This document shows positions 38,401-50,400 of a stretch of 64,000 nucleotides of DNA, in pieces. This stretch comes from Setoptus koraiensis (taxonomy: Eukaryota; Animalia; Arthropoda): the NCBI GenBank assembly GCA_048013815.1, contig CM106585.1, positions 12,896,001 to 12,960,000 of the forward strand. The letters are read 5' to 3'. Numbering within the stretch: position 1 is the stretch's first letter; every line of letters begins with the position of its first letter. The translations under genes were made by a program, and so were the position numbers. The notes below the pieces were generated by a model. The model ran no database searches and was not told the origin of the DNA. It saw only the letters and a list, made by a program, of their open reading frames with translations.

Positions 38401-41400
38401 TCGCCGGCTGACACTGTCGCTGGCTGGTTGGCAAGGCGAAACAATTTCACCGGCCTGTCGTTCGCCTGAATTTCGAGCCATTTTGAGCCGCTTCGAGCCG
38501 CTCTGTGGGATGCGGCCCAATCAAGCCGCACACCACTAATTGAGATATGCCACAGCTATGATGAGGCTGCATTGTGGCGATGCAAGTCGTGTTATTTACC
38601 GTGCTGCCGGCTTGTCAGATTGCTGTCTGTTGTTTCTTGTTCGCGCCATGGGCGCTCGCCGATTGTGTTGCGGTTGTTGCCAAGTTTGCTGTTGTTGATG
38701 TTGTTGTTGTTGTTGCTGTTGTTGTTGCTGCGACGACTGCCAACTGCCGCCGGCGCAACTGCTTGTGGTTGCGTAACAGGCAGCCATTGTCTGTGGCCTG
38801 TCGAGTAGCTTTCTTTTCTTGATTGCATTGACAACAATGTTGTTGTTGTTGTTGTTGTTGTTGTTGTGTGTGGCTGACGCTTTGGCCATTGTTGTAACAC
38901 CACAACTACCACAATTACGACAACTGGACGTCACTGTGACATTGGGGCAACATTGTGTGCGACAAGACACAGACAAGTTGTTTGTTTTGTTGTAGCCACC
39001 ACCAACGTCATGCTTATTTCGCACATGCAACACTGACACTTTGTGGCAGCATTTTTGTTCTTTGTTTGGGCCGTAAAACGATTGGGCTGTTGGGTTGTGG
39101 TTGTGGTTGTCGTCGCTGCTGTTGCGATATTGTGACGATATGACATCATCATTAAGACACTGATAGGACGAACTGGAACATTTGCCTAACCGAGCACACT
39201 TGCCACCCATGGCTGCGCGTGGTCACTGGTCACTCGTCGCTCGAATTCACAATTCAGTGCCACCCGCACTGAGCGCCGCGCCGGCACTAAATGCTAACAG
39301 GTGATTCGAGGCGATCCGAGGCGATTCTAGGCGATTCGAGGCGACCCGAGCCAATTCGAGGCGAGAGATGAACCGACCGGCGAGCAGACCATATAGCACG
39401 CCACTTGAGCCCACTACTCATGCTGTAGACCTACAGTGTATAGTCGCCGCGATATGTATAATCATTGCGACTGTGCAAATGTTCGTGACCCGTCCACCAA
39501 GATAAAGAGATTAATAAAGAGGCTCGTCGTCTGTCCGGCGAGTCAACAATCGGTGGCAGTCGTCTGATACGTCTATTATTGCCGATATCGACCTCAAATG
39601 ATCATGACACACACAACCGTTGATGGACACTGTCACGAACACCCGTGCACCAACCACAATTGGCCAACAAATGATAAATGCTCACTACACGCGACATTGT
39701 TGGCCAAAATACAGCAAAATACAGCAAAACACGGCAAAACACGGCAAAATATGGCAAAATATGGCAAAATATTGGCCAATTGTAAGTATACGCTAGAGCA
39801 TTATGAGCTAGAGCACTATGACAGTCATGGTGAGATCATTATCGCACTATTCGTGCATTCGCAAATATCGTCGCCACACAGCCACCGATGCCACCCATTA
39901 CGTAACTGTTTATCTATGCTAAAGTCTCAAAAAGGATCATCTAGATATATCTCAAGTTGACTTACATCTGTGTCTGTCTCAACTTTGACTTGCCACCAAA
40001 ATGCAAGGTGCTGCAAAACTAGTGGCCACACCATTGTGGGTCTTTGTTTGTCACAATTGAACACACTATTTTGGAAGCACAATAAATTTCGTGAGGTGAA
40101 CATGAGGTCACTTACGGTTGTTAGCTCAAGTGAACGCAAACAAATGCGAGTGCAAACTCAATTCACGACACGATATTATACCGATATGTCACTCCATTAT
40201 CGCTACATTAATAATCTATTATTATTTACTAATATTTATAGAGGCAAAAGAAAACAACAACAACAACAGGCAATGGATGAAATATAAATAAAGATATAAG
40301 AAAATAAATTGTCGCAAAAAGGAGCTGTGCCCAGACCCGGGATTGAACCGGGGACCTTTAGATCTTCAGTCTAACGCTCTCCCAACTGAGCTATCTAGGC
40401 ACTTGATGAAGTGCGAGTGTCAGCAAGGCTAACAACTATCAATTGTCTTGCATCGTGATCTAATAGGTCCAATTGACAAGATCGTTGGCGCTGTCAATCA
40501 ATTTACTATCGATTATCCGCTATTTCTTACCTTAAGAGCACCATGCCGAAGCATAATAACATGTTATCATTGTTGACGCTAGCTGGTCAAATAAAAGTGA
40601 CTTGTGTGAGAGCGATGTGATCGATTTAATTACAAACGTAAACTAATCAATCGATTGGCCGCTGACAAGCGATCGCAAGTTATCAATGGGCGCTTATTAA
40701 TTGTGATGACATTTGTCGTTGTCATGGTTGTTGTTTCGGATTCGGTTTTGGCCGCTGCCGGTGCTGGTGTTGTTGTCACTGTCGATATCAATTCACAACT
40801 ACTATTGTCTGGTGCACTTGTTAACGTTGACGCTACGAGTTGATATACATTGTTGGTTTGTTTGTTTGTTTTTTGTGTTGATCTTGAACTCTTCTTCCGT
40901 CACTTTCTTTGCGACTGAACGAACAACAACAACAAGACGTTCTGTCCATCGTTGGCTGTCATGGTTGTGTCGAGCGACAACAAGCGCGCAAAGAAAGGCT
41001 CGCTATTCGTGATACACTCTAAAAGAAATCAACTACTATGTAGATTTACACTTTCTCTGAATGGACTCAAATTAAATCTCTCATTGATATGTCACTAAGT
41101 GGCTGCAGTTTCATGAATGGCAAATGAGAGGGGTGAACGGTGCACAATAGCGCCAGCACCAGTGCTGTATGTTTTGAAACTTAACTCGAAGTTAAGTGTT
41201 TTTCCTTTATGGAAATCACCTCCATTATAAAGTCTGATTATTGAGAGAATCCGCTCTCTCTCTCTCATAGGCCCCTCCTCTCACTTCGAGTGTGTGTGTG
41301 CATTTGGTCTTGTACCAACTCTTTGAAAAGTGTATCAAGTAACGGCACAACTGAGTCGTCTCTCTGATCTGAGATAATTTCGTTGTAAGACCGTGACTAA

Positions 41401-44400
41401 CTGTTAGTCACTAACAGCATCATCAACAACAACAACAACATATGGCAATATAAGCCCAATTCTGACATCCGAGATCATTGCGAGATGCTCTAAGTTTAGT
41501 CAGCTGCTTAGCATTATTACAATTGTTCTAATTAACTAATGATCAATATTTGATGTTGACACACGCACACTCATTTTGTTGAGCCAGTTTCTCGAGCCTC
41601 AGTGTCTCTAGCCATTAGTTGCTCGGTAGCTTGGTCGCTTGACACATGACGCTCGAACAATGCACACTGGTGGTTAACACACTGGCTCAAGTCACTTGAA
41701 CTGGCTGCATGGTTTGCTGTCGTTTACAAACTCAACCCACTAAACCGTTAGTTGTCTTAGTGAGTTTAACAAGCTTAACACGTTCGCTCAAGTTGAGTCA
41801 GCCAAGTGTTCTCAAGTGTTTCCTTTGAAATATGATTTGTTCACTGTTGTTGGCCAACAACAACGACAACAACGACAACAACAACAACAACAACAACAAC
41901 AATGTATGTCGTTGTTGTGATAGCTGAGCTATCATTATCGCTGGCTTTGCGCGACCTTAGCAAGCTGGCCACACCAAACAAATGTTGCCACTGTTTACCG
42001 TTACACTGGCAGTTGTCAGTTGTTTTCTTTTATCGGCACGACAAGCACATTAGCGACGACACTGTTGTTTTGTGTGCAACTAAAAATAGCACTTTACCAT
42101 TTGCACAGGCTTGATTTGATAGAGGCCCAATGGAAGCTGGCTGAATAACCTCAAAGTCAAGTTCAAACTTATCGCTTCTGGTTCGCGCACGTCGACTACA
42201 TGAAACACGTACGGACAACGTGTTGTGTCTCTACCATGCACAACAAGTGCTCGACTAATACCTGTTACCTACCTGTCCACCAAAAGCCCACCATAACCTA
42301 TGCCGCCAATGCACACAACTGGTCGCTTATATGTGCTCGCAAATACACCTTTGCAAACACACCTGACCAAACAATGTAGATGTGTGTCAGTGGTGTCAAT
42401 TATGCATGCTTTCATGTCTATGCTAATCGCTGCTGTTGTCGACGGTTGTGCTCAACAACAACAAACACTTGGTGCGCTCGCATTATATTACGTGTTGCGC
42501 GTACACTGATCAGATAATTTTGCACGTTGCCTTTGTGCTAATTATCTCAAGGTCATGCAGTAACGACAATTTGCTTGGCCTCCACTCGGCTACACGAGTC
42601 AGCTACACGAGTCAGCGCTGGCTGTTGCCAAAGTCTGACAAATCGACACAAGAAACTAATCACTGCACTTTGCGTCATTAGTCACCAATGACGGTTAGCT
42701 ATGAATCAATTGCAGTGAAATTGTGGAAAAATCGCTAATGATGAAACAATCACCAGACATGATGACATGATGTAATTAGCCTACATTGCTCATTGACGAA
42801 CTCACTGCTCGCTCACTTGCTAATGTAGACAGATATCTGTTTCTGTGTCCCACGGAGCCTACATTTTGAAAGCTCAAAAAGTTGATTCGCGTCGCGCGTC
42901 CATTTAAAAATGTTTGTCAATCTACATTAATGACTCGTCGATCAATCTGATATGTGAAATTTGACTTGCAATTGTTGGTCGAATGGTATATACATTGGAG
43001 TTTGCAGTCCATAGCAAACTAGACTCTAGTTACACTATAGAAACACTACACTGACGATTGGTGGCGCCTTCTCGTGTCGAGTGCAGTGAGCTGACTTGCG
43101 GCCAGTATTGCCACCTGTGCCCCAAGATGGCGCCACGTATCGATCACAGCCCCAAGCCCCAGTGTACCCTTGGACATAGGCGCGACAGAACAGGTGAAGG
43201 TCAACAACAACAGCAACAACAGCAACAACAACAGCGACAATAACAACAATAACGAGAGAACTGTCACCAACTGTCAATGCTAATTCAATCAGCTGATTGC
43301 GATCAGCTGACGTTTGTTTGTCAATCAGCCATTAGCTGTTGATGATGAAATCACTGGTAACAATTGATAGTTTTGTTTTGTTGTGAAACTCTTTGCGTAA
43401 CTTTAATTGAGTTTGCGCCACACGATCGGAGTCTCTCGACTTTCACGTCACATGGAGCCAATGGTGCCAAAGGTAATCACAACAACGACAACAACGACGA
43501 CAAGTTGAGCTGACGCAACGAGTCGGCGGTCAGTCGTGTCATATTTGCAAAGGGGCTACGAGCAATATACGAGCAACATACGAGCAACATACGAGCAACA
43601 GAGACCAGACGATCGACTTTGATTTTGAAGCGCCACGAGCAAATTGCGACTTTGATGATCAAAGTTTGATCAACTCGTTGGTTGTATTATGCAACCATTA
43701 GTGGATAATGCTGTTCGCGTGTGATGTGTCTGAAACGTGTTACACGAGCTGCTCATTTGAAGCGGAGTTTGCTGGTTTCTTTGTTACTGGCGCGTACGCG
43801 GCCACTTGGAGCCGCTAACCGGAACAAGCATTAGTGTCGCTTAGTAGTACCGGTATGTTGCAGCCTACTTATGATTGAGTGTATCAACAGCGTTCGTTTG
43901 GAGTAATTATTAGTCAAGGTCGATGGCGACTAATTTAGCTTATATGCGGCTTATAACTTTTTGTCTCTCGCAACGTCAGGCTGCCCTTGTCGCGCTAACC
44001 GTTGCCCGTTAGGCGCCACTAATGATTCGCGCTTTAATGTATTCTAATGAGTAGTTGCATAATGTGTGCGCCAGGTTTCGATTAGCTACAGCCAGGCGTC
44101 TAATCAAGCACTCACAGTGCTCGGCTTGCTTTGGCCGCTTCGGCCGCTTTGGATTTGGCCAGTGGTCATATCCAGACACACACATCGCTATGCTCTGGCT
44201 GCCAGTTGCCGTTTGTTTATGTGCCCTGTTTATGTGCCGGGGCCTCCCCCGCACTGCCAATGCGATTCTGCGACCTGTATGCATGCCGGCAAGGCTGCAC
44301 TTGTCAATTGTTCGTTCACTGGCGATATTTTGCTATATTATATAATATTATATAATATTATATAATATTATACAATATTACTGCGCGTATATTATGTAAT

Positions 44401-47400
44401 AAACAAAGGGCGCCAACAAATAGCGGCTATCATATTAATTGCCGACATGTCCATGTCAGTGTCAATGTTGAGCTAACTGTGCCACACTTTTGCGCCAACT
44501 AAAAACTGGCATCAACCAATGGCAGGCAGCCCACAATTTACATAATCTCATTTTCATCTTGCTCCAATATATAATATCACACGCTATTACGCGATATATT
44601 TACAGTATATAATATATGCCCACTGCAGCAGCGATGCCACTTTTGCGACACAGCGCCGCCAGCTGGCGGAAGTAATAGCTGGACGACATTGCTACGAGCG
44701 CGGGCTAATTTGATTGAATTGAAGTGAATTGGCTGTCCGACTGGGCGCCTAATGAATACCTTTCGCGCTCGATCGAGTCCCATTATCTGATTGGCGCCGC
44801 ATTCGGGCACAGTCGGGCCGCTTTTAGGTCAGTAGTAGTACTGACTTTGTGGGCCGATTATAAGTAACAATCGCAATTATATCGATCAAACGAATCAACG
44901 AGAAAACAAATGTTGGCCCCATTTCGGTTCGGCTGCGGTGCATGCCCGCCGCCAGAGGACAGTTGTTTGTGTCTCGCCTACATGACCCCTACGTGATAGG
45001 CCGCCTACAGGCCGTGATAGGCCGCCTACAGCGCCAGTGAGCGGATACATTACATTATTGTTTTTATCCACACAATTGACCCCGATGCAAAGGCAATCCA
45101 ATAATTGTCGGCCTACATGCGACGGCCAAAGACAACAACGACCAGCATGCGGCCGTCTCCGGTTAACGCTGTTCAATGTCACATAAGTTGTGACAGTGCG
45201 ACATTGCTCGTTTTGTTCAGTGCCAAATTCATACATAATGCACCATATTATCATCTCGCTCTCTAATTAGCGAAAGTACCAGCCATCCAATAAGAGTAAT
45301 GCAAAGCAACGGCATAGGTGCGCCAGTTAATCAACTTTGACTTGGCGCAATTCCGAGCTCGACGCTAAAGAGACCCCTGGTGTTAGTCCCCCTGGTGAGC
45401 AACTATTGGCCAATAGATGGCCACTGGCACGACGCCGGCAAAATTGACACTGTCGCTTATGCGCGCGGCATATAATTTCACCAGTTGTTTTGGCCTCACG
45501 AGTCGCTGTCGGGTTGGTCGCGTTGCATCGGGGTCCCCGGCAGGCATTTCGTATATATTATTATATATACGAAGGCGACAAAAAGATAGCTGGACAATTT
45601 TCAGTCCGGTTGACAAAGCCGGCAATAAAAGTGGCGAGGCGCACAAGCGAATTATCGCCAATTATTTCTGGCCTTAGCGCCCTCGGTCGTTGTTTAAAAT
45701 ACAAACACTAAGCTGCGTTCTGCCGCCTTTCTGGGTCACAGTCTGGCCAGTCTGGCCGGCTTGCCGGACACTGCAACAACATATATAACATATAACATAT
45801 AATATATAAAATTTATATAATATATAGTATTGTGCGCCGGGCTTGACTCTAATAGAATTAGACATATCAGACTAACTGTCGCGTGTAGTGGCGATCACTT
45901 AACTGGCCCGTTACGCGATACTGGCGGTTGTGTGCGTGTGGTTGCTTCAAGCTTGGCCAGATCCAGTTAAGTTGTTGTCGTTGTCGGCGTCATCGGAACA
46001 CTTCGGCAACAACAGCGCAACAACAGCGCAACAACAACAACTTGACTCGAGTTCGGCCAGACAGTTCGGCTGGCAGACACATTGTGCCACGAGCTGCTCG
46101 TGGCACACAAATGCTCAATGGCTGCACACGATTCATGTAACGATGACATAAACGCCAGCCTCCGTTGCGCCATCAATCTAGTTGGGCCCCATGGCCCAAC
46201 AGCTGCACTTTCCGACTCAGAGATGCCCACTTTGAGCTGGCCTCGCTGCATCGTGTCACTGCGAACAAGCTGGCCGGATAAAATATAACTGAAAAATATA
46301 AAATTGCCACGAGCGGACAGAAAACATTGACTGGCCGTCCTAATGAAAATACAGCTACAGCTGATTGCAAAGTTTGACTCATTGATTTGTGAGCGGAATC
46401 TGGCGCCGCGCCGCCCCAACGCCGGACACCTCAGTGATTCGGCAACACTGATTCGGCAACACTGATTCGGTGATACTGATTCGGTAATTCTGACTCGCAA
46501 ATACTGACTCAGCTTTATTCCAAACAGTGACGGCGCCAACTGGCACCAATAACAATTGTTTGCTGTGATGCGACGAACAATTATTATTGGTGGATTCGCC
46601 GGCGATTTGAACTATCGACTGGCGCAAATCGCAACTGGCCGGCTTGTCGCAAGCCCCGAACAGCCGCTTGAGCGGCCGAACGGCCCAAAGTTTGGGCCCC
46701 AAACAGCGGCCAGATTGCAATGATTTGAGCACGCTCGGCCCAGCCAATCGGATGGGATCGGATGGGATCGGATGGGATCGGATGGGATCGGATGGGATCG
46801 AATCGGATCATTGGTTCGGATCAGATTGTTGTCGGGGGCTTCTGTGGCGCTGTTCTTGAGACTTTACAAGCAAACAAGCAGCCGGATGCGATTTATGCCA
46901 GCTAATCGGCACGCCAGCCAGCCAGCCAGCGGCCAAATTATTGGGGCCTCATTTGGGTGCTCGTTTATGGCCGGTTTTGGGCACAAACGAGCATCATGCA
47001 ACTAATACAAGCATCTCAAACAACAAACTTAATGCGCCTACTGTGTCTACAAATATTTGCCAAAGACTTTCACTTGGCTTGTTAGTGGGGCCGCCGCTAA
47101 TGAATCTATGGGCCAGCCACCATGAAATATATGCTTTGTGCCGATATGCTTGCATTATGTTGCACCAAGTTGCAATTGTTATATGATAGAATATAGTTGA
47201 AAATGGCACATAGCTAGCTCACCTTGTTTGTACAATTTCATCATCATGGCAAACATTCTACCTACACACAAACAATTGGGCCCAATCTCGTGTAAGCTGC
47301 AATCTAACAAGACCGCCGCCGTTACGTAAGACTACGTACGCCGTACACGGCCTCATCCGTGCATCAATCGCATGCATCATTAGGTCTTGGCGAACACAGC

Positions 47401-50400
47401 CAGATTATGTGGTGAAAAATGCCCGAAACACTGGCGCACATTCTTGTCGGGGCTCGCGAACACTGGCGCACTTCTTTTCGGGGCTGGCGCGAACAATGGC
47501 CGCTCGCTCAAGTTTCGGGCCCGCTGCCAACCTGGTCAGCGGGCCCGAAACGTCCATCACTTGCTAGCTGGCCGGCCGGCCAATTTGGGCCCCTGCGCGC
47601 CCAACGTGCCAGCGATTTTCAGTTGCCCAAGACCAATCACGCCATCCAAGATGCCATTTATAGCGGACTATCGATGATTTATCGCCCCTCATCTAACCAT
47701 TTAACCATTTATCCGTCCGGCCATTTATCTATCCAGCCAGCCAGCCATTCAGCCATCCATCCATCCATCCATCGTCTGGGGCCGATTCTTGGTCGCGCTC
47801 GTCGGGCTTATTTATCGATGGGGCCCTAAATCATCTATTGCGCTATTGACAACATCGCTCCATGGCTCGCCGACAACATCGCTCCATGGCCGACTGGCCC
47901 GGAAAGCGCATATCGATTCTGTATCCACTGGCACGGGCTTTGTTTGTGTTTTGTGTCAAGTGTGCTGTGTGTTAACTACTTGAGATTTACATAAATTGAT
48001 TACGACTTTTTTGGCAGGGGCTCCATCTCTCTTGACTGATTGCGCTGCGACTATTGCAGCGATTCGCTCGGCCCGATCCATGTTGTTGCGCGCCGCCGAA
48101 ACTTGAGTTGTTGGCGATGATCGAAATGCTCTCAAACCAAATATTTGTTGTTCAAAGTAAACATTGCAACACACATCAATAGCAAACTAATCCTGACGCT
48201 CGCCAACTCCGACAACACCAAACAGAAAATCCGCGAAATCTCGCCGCTCCAGTTTAAACGCAATTTGCACGCTTTCGCAATTGAAAACTACACATGCACG
48301 TTATTTTGCCTCACACGCTCTCTTGCTTGGCCCAAATTCCAATTGGCGACCAAAACAAGCGTGAAAAGGGCTGATTTCGGCAATTCTGTCCGCCTGAATC
48401 TATCAGTATCAGATTGAGCCCGGCACCATTGTATCGATAGATTTACACCGAACCGGTAAACCAACAAACAGCCAAATGCAAAATACCCATCTAACCCGTC
48501 AATGAGTGGCTGCATGCACGTTCATGAATCGTTCTTTTTTTCTGTTGCCGGTGATTCGTGAATTCTCCTCGTATTCTGTCTATTTCGAAAAAGTCAGGGG
48601 CTATCGTTCGAACGACAATCCTTCGAAATGTCATCGATTCGCTCTCTCATCTGAGGTAAACAGAGGACGACTTGAACATGAGATTTCGCAAAATTCAAAT
48701 TTCCAAACTTTGAGTAACTGTCAAAAGCCTGGTAGTAAGTTGACTCTTTACACCCGAGCTGCAATTTGAAAAATATGGTCGCTTTCATCTCATGAGGACA
48801 TTCGTAAAAGTTGTGAGATTTTCCATAACAATTCAGGCGAGTTCGTTCCGAAATAACTTCTCAATCCGAAATAATTGAGCGGACAATTCGTGAAAGTTTA
48901 GGCCAGGACCCGACATGAGACTATTGACATGCCGTCTGCACTGAGATTAGTGAACAAAATAAGAAAGACATGTTGTCACGGATCTTTGCAAGAAAACCGA
49001 GGTGCAATTTGTTAGCATTGGTGTGATGATTTCGAGGCAAGGAAAAAATCTCTGAGAGCACAGAATAATTTAAGAAATAGGTGCACGCAGTGTGAAACTG
49101 AAAATAAATGAACAAGAGAGAAAAAAGAAGTCACAGATGGAAACGATTTGCATCCGAAATGCTCAACAAGACATGTTCAATGATGTCATCGAAATGTATT
49201 AACCAGATTAGTGGCTTTACAATTTTGTGCTTGCATAAACTTTTTTCTCTGTTAGCTCATTTTGAATTTTCTAACTTCACTTAGTTTCTGAGAATTTTCT
49301 GAATGCTGAACAGAGATTCATTGAGAGAGTGAATAATTGGCTTTTCATCAGCTGAAATTGGTTTCGATGCGCAATCTTGGACGTTTCGATAAAAATCTAT
49401 CAGCAATTGTATTGTTGCTCACTTTAATGTGTTATTTTTATGTGTTTCAAATGTGCACATACCAAATTCTAGATTGAGACACAAATCTCAAATACGAGAT
49501 CTAAAATTTTTGCATGCAGAACAAGAAAAGAGAGAATATTCTTGAACAATCTGCTGCTGCAACTGGGTAAACTTAATTTAATAGTACTAGCCTGCACAAT
49601 AATATGTGGCAATTTATAGAATGAATTATTCAGGAATAAGAGGTCAACTTAGTGGCCTAAAAAACAAAAAGTAACAATCAGCTTGCATTTAAATCACCGA
49701 ATCAGTGGAGTTTCGTTCGAGCAGCAAACAAAAAACTTAGTGGAATGAAAATAATGTGTGGTCAACTACAGAGCGCAGAGATAACGAATACATTTACATT
49801 CTCATTGCATTAGTTTCGTCGAAAAAAAAGAAAATATTTGACTCAATGGGCTGAGCCGTATTTGCGAAATGAAGCCCACGAGAGCAAGGCTGAGTTTTAT
49901 GTCAATTCGGCGAGACACGTTGGATGGGGCCGAAAAAGGCTCGTTTTGGTTAGATGAGTCGGAGCTGAAAAGAATATTCCGATGGCTATTGTCCTACAGT
50001 CGGAAGTGAGCGCTGCAGTTTCGCTGTATTTATTGATTCAAAACATGGTTGTTAAAGACGGCGAAAGTATCTAATGCGATAATCGCAAAGTTTTATCAGC
50101 AATTATCTTATCCATCTGCGAATTGCTTGATTGGCGAATAGATACCGAGAAACGGCTCACGAGCAGCAGCAGCAATACCAGATTATCTACAGATTATCGA
50201 GCCAGCCGTAGATAATCTGAGCTAGATCTTGAAATTGGTCGGTTATGTATTGGGTCCGACAGGGCCCTGAGTAGGACGAAGCAGCCAGATATTTCATAGT
50301 GTACGCACCTAATGCGCAGTTTACGTTTCAATTGTCTTGTCACTAGATAGTGCACATGAACGAGTAAATTGTATAGTGTGTGTTATAGGTCTGCATCTTG

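Noticed and set aside
39831-39840. bantam-like 5' sequence TGAGATCATT (a similar one lies at about 41471)
   Set aside because: There is no complementary arm to form a precursor, and the remainder does not match bantam.
49128-49202. Faint resemblance of [11 protein letters not shown] to Bel/Pao retrotransposon Pol
   Set aside because: It is too short, with no flanking RT, RNase H or integrase motifs or LTRs. It is kept only as part of the unassigned block finding.
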